NCBI GenBank assembly: GCA_963823765.1
Contig: CAWGML010000003.1
Location: 99,329 to 163,328, forward strand
From: Candidatus Dormiibacterota bacterium
Lineage (GTDB): Bacteria; Chloroflexota; Dormibacteria; Aeolococcales; Aeolococcaceae
Reading direction: 5' to 3'
DNA: 64,000 nt
Every line of letters begins with the position of its first letter. Position 1 is the first letter of the stretch. This document shows, piece after piece, positions 49,985 through 58,708 of the stretch. The notes below the pieces were generated by a model. The model saw only the letters and a program-made list of their open reading frames with translations. It did not search any database and was not told the origin of the DNA. Position numbers and translations under genes: made by a program.

Positions 49985-52393
49985 TCACTGCGTGGCGATG
50001 AGACCGCGCTCGCGCGGCACCAACCGCAGCGCGCGCCGGCCACGAAAGGCGGCGTCGCCCCAGGTCAGCGAGAACTGCTGGTTGCGGACCCAACGCTTGG
50101 AGAGGTCGTGGTGGTGCGCGGAGAAGCGATGCCCCGACTGCCCGGGGTAGAGGACGCCGGTGCAGCCGCTGTCCCAGCCGCCGACGTCGAACACCTGCCG
50201 CCACGAGGGAGCGAACACGCGGGTGGCGAAGTCGGCGCCGGGCCGCGCGCCCGTCGCCATGACGGTGTCCACGCTTCCGCCCACGATGATGTCCGGCGCG
50301 TTGAGCAACGGGTGCAGCACGCGGCGCACGGCCAGCGGATGCCGCAGGGGCAAGCGGTGCAGCCTGCCCCAGCGCCAGCGGCGCACGCGGCCCAGGCTGC
50401 GGCGCAGGTCCGCCACCGCGTCCTCGAGCGCGTCAGCCGCGACCTGGCTCCAGGTGGTCAGGCCGTCGAACATCAACTCGTCTCCCGCCTCCCAGCGTCC
50501 GACCAGCATCGGCGTGACCCTCCCGGTGAGGTTGGCGGGGTACGGGAAGAGCGGATGACTGAGGTCGAAGCCGGCGGCGATTCCCCAGGCGTCGCCGCAC
50601 AACGGCCGGAAGGCGTGCTCGGCGAGGCGGAGCATGAAGGCCTCGTACACGGTGGGCTCGACACGGTCGGGCGCCATCTGGCCGTCCCAGGCCACCAGCC
50701 GCAGCCTCATCGACTCGGCGAGCTCGACGGTGCAGCGGATCGAGCCGAGCAGCCGAGCCACCATCGTCGCCGGCGGCGACACGATGTCCATCTGCACGCT
50801 GCGCATGTAGTGCGCATCCATCCGGTCCTCGCTGAGCAGCTCGCGCAGCCGGCGCGCTCGGTACCCGGCCATGTAGTCGTTGGCGATGTAATGCGCAAAC
50901 CCGTCGCCGACGATGCGGTTGTTGGCGGTGATCACCAGCCCATCCGGGGGGTCGAGCTGCTGCGGAACCTCGTCGACCGTGAGGAACCGCTCCCAGAGCA
51001 CGCCGCCATCCCAGCCAGGCGTCGGCAACCCCGACGGACGTCGACGGCGTACCGGGATGCGGGCGTTGCAGAAGTAGCCGATGTGCCCGTCGATGTCGGC
51101 GTAGACAGCGTTCTGCGAGGGCGCGTCGAGGCTTGCGAAGGCGCTCCGGAAGCTCTCCCAGTCGCCGGCGCGCTGCAGCCTGAGCACTGTCTCGGACGCG
51201 CAACCGGGTGTCAGGGCGGTCCACTGCAGGGCAAGACCCAGCCACCGGCCACCGCTGACGTCGTCGCAGCGCTCCACCACCGGCCCGTGCCGGGTGATGA
51301 CCACCTCCTCCACCTCGTCGGGGCGATCCTTGACACGGATGACCTCACGCGCGATGCGCGACGGCTGCCAGCCGTTCTCGGTCCGGAACCGGTTGCCGGC
51401 GGGCGCATCGAACTGCTCGACAACGAGGTCCTGGCAGTCGGCGAAGGAGTTGGTGTAGCCCCAGGCGATGCGCCGGTTGTGGCCGATGATCGGGAACGGC
51501 TGTCCGGCGAACGTGACCCCGGTGCTCTCGAAGTCGTCGCCCGCGCGGACATGTGCGGCGAACCACACCGACGGCAGGCTGGGCTCCAGGTGGGGGTCGT
51601 TGCAGAGCAGGGCGCGGCCGGTCATGGTGTGCTTGGGGGCCACCGCCCACGCGTTGCTCGCCCCCACCGCGCTGGGCAGCCAGCGGGCCGCCTCCTGGTA
51701 GAGGGCCAGCAGCTCCTCGCCGGCCCCTGGCCCTGCGCTGGCCGCGGTGTCGGCGAGGATGGTGGGGTTGCTGTCCGGGTACACCAGCTCGAGCCGTGCC
51801 GCGATCTCCGGCCCCACCTCCTGGACCAGGCGCAGCCGCTGCACCTCGTTGTCCCAATTCAGGCTCAGGCCCAGGGCGAGCAGCTTGGCGCAGGCGATGC
51901 TGTCGACGGGACGCCAGGGCTCCGGGCGGATGCGCAGCAGCGAGAACTCGACGGGCAGGCGCCGGCCACCGTCGATGACCGCGTTGACACCGGCGGCGTA
52001 CGCCTCGAGCATGCCCAGCACCTCGCCGTCGAGGAGGTCAGCCTCCTCCTCGGCGACGCGGCGCAGCCCCACGCGGCGGAGGAATCGGTCAGCGGTGAGC
52101 CCCTCCAGCCCGGCGATCTCACTGATGCGGCCCGAGGCCACCCGTCGGGTGAGGTCGAGCTGCCAGAGCCGCTCCTGGGCATGGACGATCCCCATGGCGT
52201 AGGCCGCGTCCTCCATCGAGGCGGCGTCGACATGGGCGACGCCGACGCGGTCGCGGAAGACGCTGGCCGGGCTGCGCAGACCGGCGACGGTCATGGTTCC
52301 CCGGGTCATGGGCAACCGGCGGCGGACCAGCCTTGTGACCGCCGCCAGGGCCGCGACGACGATCGCGGCCGCGACGACGAGGGCGACGATCAA
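49985..52393 (-). CDS. Penicillin acylase family (Ntn hydrolase, peptidase S45)
   Basis: RDRVGVAHV, HAQERLWQLD, beta-chain start GASNAWAV, NDPHL, TANN and PGQSG. TTG start with GGGGAG RBS. Confidence 0.92.
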   Translation of the reverse strand: MIVALVVAAAIVVAALAAVTRLVRRRLPMTRGTMTVAGLRSPASVFRDRVGVAHVDAASMEDAAYAMGIVHAQERLWQLDLTRRVASGRISEIAGLEGLTADRFLRRVGLRRVAEEEADLLDGEVLGMLEAYAAGVNAVIDGGRRLPVEFSLLRIRPEPWRPVDSIACAKLLALGLSLNWDNEVQRLRLVQEVGPEIAARLELVYPDSNPTILADTAASAGPGAGEELLALYQEAARWLPSAVGASNAWAVAPKHTMTGRALLCNDPHLEPSLPSVWFAAHVRAGDDFESTGVTFAGQPFPIIGHNRRIAWGYTNSFADCQDLVVEQFDAPAGNRFRTENGWQPSRIAREVIRVKDRPDEVEEVVITRHGPVVERCDDVSGGRWLGLALQWTALTPGCASETVLRLQRAGDWESFRSAFASLDAPSQNAVYADIDGHIGYFCNARIPVRRRRPSGLPTPGWDGGVLWERFLTVDEVPQQLDPPDGLVITANNRIVGDGFAHYIANDYMAGYRARRLRELLSEDRMDAHYMRSVQMDIVSPPATMVARLLGSIRCTVELAESMRLRLVAWDGQMAPDRVEPTVYEAFMLRLAEHAFRPLCGDAWGIAAGFDLSHPLFPYPANLTGRVTPMLVGRWEAGDELMFDGLTTWSQVAADALEDAVADLRRSLGRVRRWRWGRLHRLPLRHPLAVRRVLHPLLNAPDIIVGGSVDTVMATGARPGADFATRVFAPSWRQVFDVGGWDSGCTGVLYPGQSGHRFSAHHHDLSKRWVRNQQFSLTWGDAAFRGRRALRLVPRERGLIATQ

Positions 52394-52480
52394 CCGGCTC
52401 CCCCACGTGACTCGGCCCGATGGTACCCGCCCGAGGGATGGCCACCCGGCTCGTCGCCGCGTCCTACACTCGCACGCCTG

Positions 52481-53603
52481 ATGGGCCGTCGCACGCCACT
52501 CTACGACCGCCACGTCGCCGCCGGGGCGCGGATGGTGGACTTCGCGGGCTACGACATGCCCCTGCAGTACAGCGGCATCCGCGATGAGCACGTGGCGGTG
52601 CGCCAGCGCGCCGGCATCTTCGACGTCAGCCACATGGGCGAGGTGGGCATGACGGGTCCCGGTGCACCGGGCTTCGTCCAGCGCCTGGTCACCAACGACG
52701 TCGGCCGGTTGGTGCCCAACCAGCTGCTCTACTCGGTGATGTGCAACGACGCAGGGGGCATCGTCGATGACGTCATCGTGCTCCGCGGTGGGCGAGAGAA
52801 TCATTTCATCGTCGTGGTCAATGCGTCGACAAGGGAGAAGGACGTCGCCTGGATGCGCGAGCACGCGCCCTCCGACCTCGAGCTGCACGACCTCAGTGAC
52901 GAGCTGGCACTGATCGCGGTGCAGGGTCCACGGGCCGTGGACGTCCTCGAGCCGCTCGCCCGCATGGACGAGAGAGGCCCGTCGCTGCGAGAGCTGCGCC
53001 CGTTCTTCGCCTCCGGCCTGTCGCTGGCCGGGGTCACCGACGCGCGCGTCCAGAGGATCTCGCGCACCGGCTACACCGGCGAGGACGGTTTCGAGATCTA
53101 CATCAACTCCAGCCGTGCCGGCGTGGTGTGGGACGCGATCATCGAGGCGGGGGCGCCGCATGGGTTGGTCCCCGCCGGGCTGGGGGCACGCGACACGCTG
53201 CGGCTGGAGGCCGGGCTGCGCCTGTACGGTCAGGACATGGACGAGGACACCGACCCCTACAGCTGCGGGCTCGGCTGGACCGTGAAGCTCGACAAGGGCG
53301 ACTTCGTCGGCCGTCCGGCGTTGCAGGAGTTGCGCGAAGTCACCGCCTCGCCGCCTCATCGGCCTGCGCCTCGGCGCGCGCAGCATCGCCCGTCACGGCC
53401 ACGCCGTGTTCCAGGACGACGTCGAGATCGGCACCGTCACCAGCGGAACGTTCGGCTTCACCGTGGGCACGGCGGTGGCGATGGCGTCCGTCGACCCGGA
53501 CTTCACCCGCGGCGGCGAGATCGCCGTCGACATTCGAGGAACCCAGGCGCCGGCGGAGGTTGTCCCGCTGCCGTTCTACAAACGACCCAAGGGGGATGGT
53601 TGA
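52481..53603 (+). CDS. gcvT: Glycine cleavage T protein (+1 indel at 53337-53338)
   Basis: RTPLYD, FDVSHMGE, RTGYTGEDGFE and GARDTLRLEAG; after the indel, RRLIGL...GTVTSGT...VPLPFY. Confidence 0.92.
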
Positions 53604-53981
53604 GTGCCCGATCTCAGCGAGTACCGGTTCACCGAGAGTCACGAGTGGGTGCATGTGGAAGGTGGCGTGGCCACCATCGGCATCAGCGACCACGCCCAGT
53701 CCGAGCTGGGTGACGTCATCTTCGTCGAGCTGCCCGCCGTCGGCACCGTCCTCAAGGCCGGCGACAAGTTCGGCGCCATCGAGTCGGTGAAGGCCGCGAG
53801 TGAGCTGTACGCGCCCGTGGGCGGCACGGTCACCGGCGTCAACGACGAGCTGTCCGACGCGCCGGAGCGTGTCAACGCCGACCCCTACGGCGAGGGCTGG
53901 ATGGTCCGCCTCAACAACGTCGACGACAGCGGCGCCACGCTCCTCGACGAGGCGGGTTACAAGGAGATCGGCGGCGCCTGA
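53604..53981 (+). CDS. gcvH: Glycine cleavage H protein
   Basis: TESHEWV, GISDHAQSELGDV, lipoyl-Lys ESVKAASE and NADPYGEGW. Confidence 0.96.
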   Translation: MPDLSEYRFTESHEWVHVEGGVATIGISDHAQSELGDVIFVELPAVGTVLKAGDKFGAIESVKAASELYAPVGGTVTGVNDELSDAPERVNADPYGEGWMVRLNNVDDSGATLLDEAGYKEIGGA

Positions 53982-53988
53982 GCGGCGA

Positions 53989-54702
53989 TCAACCGCAGGG
54001 GAGTCGGCCCATGTCTCCGAAGAAGGACACCGCGGCCGAGCTGACACTCCCGACGTGGGCAACCGCCGTGGAGACTGGGCAGGCACGGGCGATGTGGCCG
54101 GGGAGGTATATCCAATCCCTGCCGGACCCAGACGTGTTTCCCGCCCGAATCGAAATCGCATTCGACAGCGACGTCCGGAATGGAACCTCGAATGTCTGAT
54201 TGTTGGCGGTCATCTGCTCCACCAGCCCATCCACGAACCACGGGATCGAGGCGTCCTTTGCTCCAGGCATCACCTCGACGGTCACCGTGACAGCGCAGAC
54301 CGTCCGGTTCGTCGGTCCCTCGTACACGCATGCCGTCGACTGATACCCGACCTCGAATGAGGTCACCTTCACGACGGTGGGTGCCGCCGGTCCGGGCCGG
54401 GGCGTCGAGGTGTGGACGGGTGTCGGTACCGGCGTGCGGTGCGGTGTCGGTGTCGGACCGGCGGTCGGCGAGGCCGAAGGCGTCTCGCTCGAAGCGGGCG
54501 TGGCCGTCGAGGACGGTGGGGAGGGATCCGCGGATCCACTCGGCTCAGCGGCGCGTGCCGACAGAGGCTGGGGCTTGAGATCGTCGGGCTGCCGCTGCCC
54601 GAGTTCGAATGCCACGAACCCCCCGACGAGCGCGCCGGCCAGCACGCCGGCGAGGGCGAGCTCGACCACGAACTTCGTCCGAGAGGTGCCCGAGTTGTCC
54701 AT
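53989..54702 (-). CDS. Hypothetical membrane-anchored protein with Pro/Ser/Thr-rich linker
   Basis: GGAAGG RBS and ATG 54702; N-terminal TM segment, PTPTP linker, Cys-containing beta-rich domain. Confidence 0.6.
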   Translation of the reverse strand: MDNSGTSRTKFVVELALAGVLAGALVGGFVAFELGQRQPDDLKPQPLSARAAEPSGSADPSPPSSTATPASSETPSASPTAGPTPTPHRTPVPTPVHTSTPRPGPAAPTVVKVTSFEVGYQSTACVYEGPTNRTVCAVTVTVEVMPGAKDASIPWFVDGLVEQMTANNQTFEVPFRTSLSNAISIRAGNTSGSGRDWIYLPGHIARACPVSTAVAHVGSVSSAAVSFFGDMGRLPCG

Positions 54703-54850
54703 GACCTTCCGGGCGCGCCAACCGTTTGGACGCCCGAATCTTCCCCCTCCCACCGCGACAGGGTAGCAGCGACTGCCCTGTTCACCGGGGAACTCCTCCC
54801 GGCCGGCCTGTACTTTGTCCACGATGACGTGAGACATGCGTCCACGACGT

Positions 54851-54880
54851 CCGGAGACAGGACAACCGGAGACAAGACAA
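54851..54880. repeat. 15-bp tandem duplication abutting the tRNA 3' end
   Basis: CCGGAGACAGGACAA followed by CCGGAGACAAGACAA (one mismatch), 1 nt from the tRNA CCA. Confidence 0.75.
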
Positions 54881-54881
54881 A

Positions 54882-54958
<77 letters not shown>

Positions 54959-55094
54959 GCGACTGGGAGGGCTCGGAGTCTACCGGAAGGCTCACGGCGA
55001 CTCCGTCGCTCACCACGACCGGCCGGGTGCTCGTGGATCGCCGACGCGGTGCTTTGGTAGACTCCGGGTGTCCCCGCGGGGGCATGCAACAAAG

Positions 55095-55175
55095 CTTTCC
55101 TGTATCCGGCGCTGCCTGCCAGCCACCTCGGCACAGCCCCAGTCCGGATGCCGCAAGCCCAGGGGAAAGGAGGTG
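55095..55175 (+). promoter_or_regulatory. Probable S6:S18-binding rpsF leader (autogenous r-protein regulator)
   Basis: The lower stem CTTTCCTG/CAGGGGAAAG abuts the SD (GGAGGT). The upper stem is ATCCGG/CCGGAT, with an unpaired CCG at 55151-53. Promoter -10 TAGACT at 55058-63. Confidence 0.65.
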
Positions 55176-55180
55176 CGCGC

Positions 55181-55654
55181 ATGGTGCGCGACTACGAGCT
55201 GATGTACATCGCCCGGCCGGAGCTGGACGACGAAGGCCTGCAGGCGGCCGCCGAGTTGGTCGAGCAGCTCATCACCGGAGCCGGGGGAACGGTGGTGCGC
55301 ACCACCAACTGGGGCCGCCGTCGCCTCGCGTACGAGGTCGACCACCTCCGTGACGGCCACTACATGCTCCTGCACATCCGCCTCGACGGGACCCGGGTGC
55401 GCGAGGTGGAGCGCGCCCTGGCCATCCACGAGACGGTGTTCCGTCACCTCCTCGTGGTCCGCGAGGGCGGCGACGAGGCCGAGCCCGATGCCGTCGACCG
55501 TGCCGCCCCCGACGCCGCGGAGACGGGCGAGCCCGCGCTCACGCGTCAGGCAGTTGTCGCGGCCAATGGCGATGATGACGACGACGATGAAGACGACGAC
55601 GACGCAGACGACGAGCCTGCCGCGCTGGTCGCCGCCACCGAGGAGGAGAACTGA
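55181..55654 (+). CDS. rpsF: 30S ribosomal protein S6 with long acidic C-terminal tail
   Basis: RDYELMYI, WGRRRLAYEV, GHYML and FRHLLV. AGGAGGT RBS. Confidence 0.95.
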   Translation: MVRDYELMYIARPELDDEGLQAAAELVEQLITGAGGTVVRTTNWGRRRLAYEVDHLRDGHYMLLHIRLDGTRVREVERALAIHETVFRHLLVVREGGDEAEPDAVDRAAPDAAETGEPALTRQAVVAANGDDDDDDEDDDDADDEPAALVAATEEEN

Positions 55655-56130
55655 TGTCTGGCTCGCTCAACCGCGTCATGCTCATCGGCCGCCTGACCCG
55701 CGACCCTGAGCTGCGCTTCACACCCAGCGGCACCGCCGTCTGCAACCTGGCGCTCGCCACCAACCGCTACGGCCAGGACGCCAGCGGCGAGCGGCGTGAG
55801 TTCACGGACTACCACGACATCGTGGTCTGGAACCAGGGCAACCGCAAGCTCGCCGAGCTGTGCGGGCAGTACCTCCAGAAGGGCCGGATGGTGTACATCG
55901 AGGGCCGCCTGCAGACCCGCTCGTGGGATGACAAGGACACTGGCGCCAAGCGCTACAAGACCGAGGTGAACGCCAACGACGTCCAGTTCCTCGACAGCCG
56001 CCAGGACGGCGAGGGCGGTGCCCGCGGCGGAGACCTCGGCCAGCCCGCCACCGCCGGTGCCACGGCCGGCGCCCCGGCGCTTGGCGGCAACTCGGGCGGC
56101 GATGTCGACCCGGATGACATCCCCTTCTAG
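55654..56130 (+). CDS. ssb: Single-stranded DNA-binding protein
   Basis: LNRVMLIGRLTRDPELRFT, YIEGRLQTRSW and C-terminal DDIPF. Confidence 0.97.
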   Translation: MSGSLNRVMLIGRLTRDPELRFTPSGTAVCNLALATNRYGQDASGERREFTDYHDIVVWNQGNRKLAELCGQYLQKGRMVYIEGRLQTRSWDDKDTGAKRYKTEVNANDVQFLDSRQDGEGGARGGDLGQPATAGATAGAPALGGNSGGDVDPDDIPF

Positions 56131-56361
56131 ATGCCTGATTACGATCGCCGCCGCCGCAAGGTCTGCAGCTTCTGCCTGGAGCACATGGAGGTCATCGACT
56201 ACAAGGAGGTGGCGCGCCTGCGCCGCTACCTCAGTGATCGTGGCAAGATCCTGCCGCGGCGCATGACCGGCACGTGCGCGCGCCATCAACGACGTCTGAC
56301 CACGGCGCTGAACCGCGCCCGCCACATCGCCCTGCTTCCGTTCCAGGCGGAAGTTCGCTGA
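56131..56361 (+). CDS. rpsR: 30S ribosomal protein S18 (Zn-binding C+ form)
   Basis: [27 protein letters not shown] and ARHIALLPF. Confidence 0.97.
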   Translation: MPDYDRRRRKVCSFCLEHMEVIDYKEVARLRRYLSDRGKILPRRMTGTCARHQRRLTTALNRARHIALLPFQAEVR

Positions 56362-56404
56362 GGGGCAGTTTCCCCTCGATATTCCTCATATACTGGCGGC
56401 GGCC

Positions 56405-57442
56405 ATGCGCCGTCCGGCGACACGTTTTCTCCACGTCCTGCTCAGCGTCCCGGTCCTCGCCAGCGCGATGGTGATCGCCGCCTCGCCGACCGCCCACGCC
56501 CAGGCGGCGGCTCCGCGACCGTTGGTCGTGGTGATCGATCCTGGTCACGGTGGCGCCGTCAACCCTGCCCAACCTGACATGCCGTTCGACCCGGGCGCGA
56601 TCGCCCCGAGCAACGGTCTCGAGGAGAAGGACGCCACGCTGGCTGTGTCGCAGCGGCTGCGCCGGCTGCTGCAACAGGACGACGTCAACGCCATCCTCAC
56701 GCGCTCGACGGACATCTCGCTGGACGTCCAGCAGCGCAGCGACACCGCCAACAACAATCATGCCGCCGTCTTCGTCAGCGTGCACTTCAACTCGTTCACC
56801 AACGGCGGCCCCAACGGGTCCGTGGTGCTCTACCCGAAGGACACCGATCTCGCCTTCGCGCAGACCATGAGCGACGCGATGGCCACGTACCTCGCACCTC
56901 TCGGCGTCGCCGACGACGGTGTGGTGCTGCGAGACAACTGGTGGATCCACACGCAGATGCCCACCGTCACGGTCGAGCCGGCATTTCTGAGCAACACGCG
57001 CGAGGCGTCGCTGATCGCCACGCCAGGCTTCCAACAGGTGCTGGCGATGGCCATCCGAGCCGGGATCGAGCGATATGACCCGCAACTGCTGCAGCGCAAG
57101 GCCGAGATCGTGGCGTGGAACCTGGCCCACCCCGACCACCCGGTGATCCCCGCCACCAAGCCGGTGGCTGTGGCCACGGTGGCCGCCGCGCCGTCCGCGT
57201 GGTCGGGCACGGTGATCCGCTACACGCTGCTGCTGGCCCTGCTGGCGGCGGTCATCCGCTGGCCCCGGGCAGCGTGGGTCATGGTTCGCGCCGACCTCCG
57301 CATGACGCGCGCGGCGCTCGATCGTGTCCTGGTGCACCGCAACGCGAAACGTCGACGGCGCCGGGCCGTGGCGCTGCGTGCGCTCGAGGCGCATGCGCAG
57401 CGATTCGCGCGGCCCCACCACATCTACGACGAGCTGTACTGA
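56405..57442 (+). CDS. N-acetylmuramoyl-L-alanine amidase (Amidase_3) with C-terminal membrane anchor
   Basis: IDPGHGG, EKDATL, VSVHFNS and VEPAFLSN; signal peptide and a late hydrophobic helix. Confidence 0.9.
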   Translation: MRRPATRFLHVLLSVPVLASAMVIAASPTAHAQAAAPRPLVVVIDPGHGGAVNPAQPDMPFDPGAIAPSNGLEEKDATLAVSQRLRRLLQQDDVNAILTRSTDISLDVQQRSDTANNNHAAVFVSVHFNSFTNGGPNGSVVLYPKDTDLAFAQTMSDAMATYLAPLGVADDGVVLRDNWWIHTQMPTVTVEPAFLSNTREASLIATPGFQQVLAMAIRAGIERYDPQLLQRKAEIVAWNLAHPDHPVIPATKPVAVATVAAAPSAWSGTVIRYTLLLALLAAVIRWPRAAWVMVRADLRMTRAALDRVLVHRNAKRRRRRAVALRALEAHAQRFARPHHIYDELY

Positions 57443-57526
57443 TCGACCTTCCGGCGCGTCCGGCAGGTCGCCGGCGGACGCTTGGTAGACTGCTCGCAGT
57501 CGTCAACGAGCACGTTGGGAGCAGAC

Positions 57527-58708
57527 ATGGCCTTCGCACAGCAGCTCCGCGTTCCCGGTCCGACCCCGCTTCCTGAGCGCGTCGTGCGTGCGGCGAGCCG
57601 CCCCATGATCAATCATCGCGGCCCCGAGTTCGCCGCGCTGCTGCGTGACATCGAGGAGGGGCTCCGCTGGGCCCTGCGCACCGAGAACGACGTGCTCATC
57701 TACCCGTGCAGCGGCACGGGCGGCCTCGAGGCCGCGGTCGTCAACCTGCTCAGCCGTGGCGAGCAGGCGCTGTTCTGCACCATGGGCTCGTTCGGCGACC
57801 GCTGGGCGGACATCGCCACCGCGTACGGCGCGGATGTCCTCCGGCTCAAGGTCACTCCCGGCGAGCCGATCGACCCCGAGGACGTCGAGCGCATCCTGGC
57901 CGAGCACCCCGATGCCACGACCGTTTTCGTCACCCACAACGAGACGAGCACCGGCGTGACCAACGACATCCTGGCGATCGCCGCAGTGGTCAAGGGACGC
58001 GGCAAGCTGCTCGCGGTCGACTCGGTCAGCGGTGCCGGCTGCCTGCCGCTGGAGACTGACGGCTGCGGCATCGACGTGCTCATCACCGGCTCGCAGAAGG
58101 GCTGGATGGCCCCGCCCGGAGTGACCATGCTGGCGGTCAGCGAAGCCGGCTTCGCGCGGGCGGAGGCGACGACGACGCCGCGTTGGTACCTGGACTTCGC
58201 TCGCGAACGCAAGTTCCAGCAGAAGTCGCAGACCTACAGCACCCCGGCGGTGTCGGTCCTGTACGCGATGCAGGAGGGGCTGGCGATGATGCGCGAGGAG
58301 GGCATCGAGGCCGTGTGGGCCCGTCATGCGCGCGTGGCCGACATGGTGCGCGCCGGCGTGGACGCGCTCGGCCTCAAGCTCCTGGCCGCGGAGGGCCACC
58401 GCAGCAACACCGTCACCGCGATCCACAACCCCGTCGACGGACCCGACACGCTCAAGGAGTTGCTCACCGTCCTGCGCACGCGCCACGGGCTGGTGCTCGC
58501 CGGCGGCCAGGGCGACCTGGCCGGGAGGATCTTCCGGATCGGCCACCTCGGGATGATCGAGGAAGGCGACGTGTACAGCATCCTCGCCACGCTCGAGCAG
58601 GGACTGCATGAGACCGGGATGCGCAGCCGCGTCGGCCTCGCCGTGCCCGCCGCCCAGCAGGTGGTGCGCAGCGTCCAGGCCAGTGGTCAGCCGGCCGGGG
58701 TGGGCTGA
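57527..58708 (+). CDS. Class V PLP aminotransferase (serine/alanine-glyoxylate type; candidate phosphoserine aminotransferase)
   Basis: PGPTP, HRGPEF, SGTGGLEA, HNETSTG, VDSVSG, GSQKGWMAPPG and FRIGHLG. Confidence 0.9.
   Translation: MAFAQQLRVPGPTPLPERVVRAASRPMINHRGPEFAALLRDIEEGLRWALRTENDVLIYPCSGTGGLEAAVVNLLSRGEQALFCTMGSFGDRWADIATAYGADVLRLKVTPGEPIDPEDVERILAEHPDATTVFVTHNETSTGVTNDILAIAAVVKGRGKLLAVDSVSGAGCLPLETDGCGIDVLITGSQKGWMAPPGVTMLAVSEAGFARAEATTTPRWYLDFARERKFQQKSQTYSTPAVSVLYAMQEGLAMMREEGIEAVWARHARVADMVRAGVDALGLKLLAAEGHRSNTVTAIHNPVDGPDTLKELLTVLRTRHGLVLAGGQGDLAGRIFRIGHLGMIEEGDVYSILATLEQGLHETGMRSRVGLAVPAAQQVVRSVQASGQPAGVG

Noticed and set aside
53330-53345. Programmed ribosomal frameshifting as the explanation for the hom, gcvT and O-methyltransferase breaks
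   Set aside because: There are no slippery heptamers or stimulatory structures, and the shared GASTC context fits systematic sequencing error better.
49985-53713. Apparent 1133-aa and 1201-aa overlapping giant ORFs
   Set aside because: They are the penicillin acylase (true start about 52393) and gcvT (true start 52481), each extended by stop-free antisense sequence of the other.
56360-56378. Hairpin GAGGGG-CAGTTT-CCCCTC after rpsR, partly matching the reverse complement of the 82-bp repeat
   Set aside because: Only about 13 nt match; it is too short to call a third copy and is probably a terminator-like stem.
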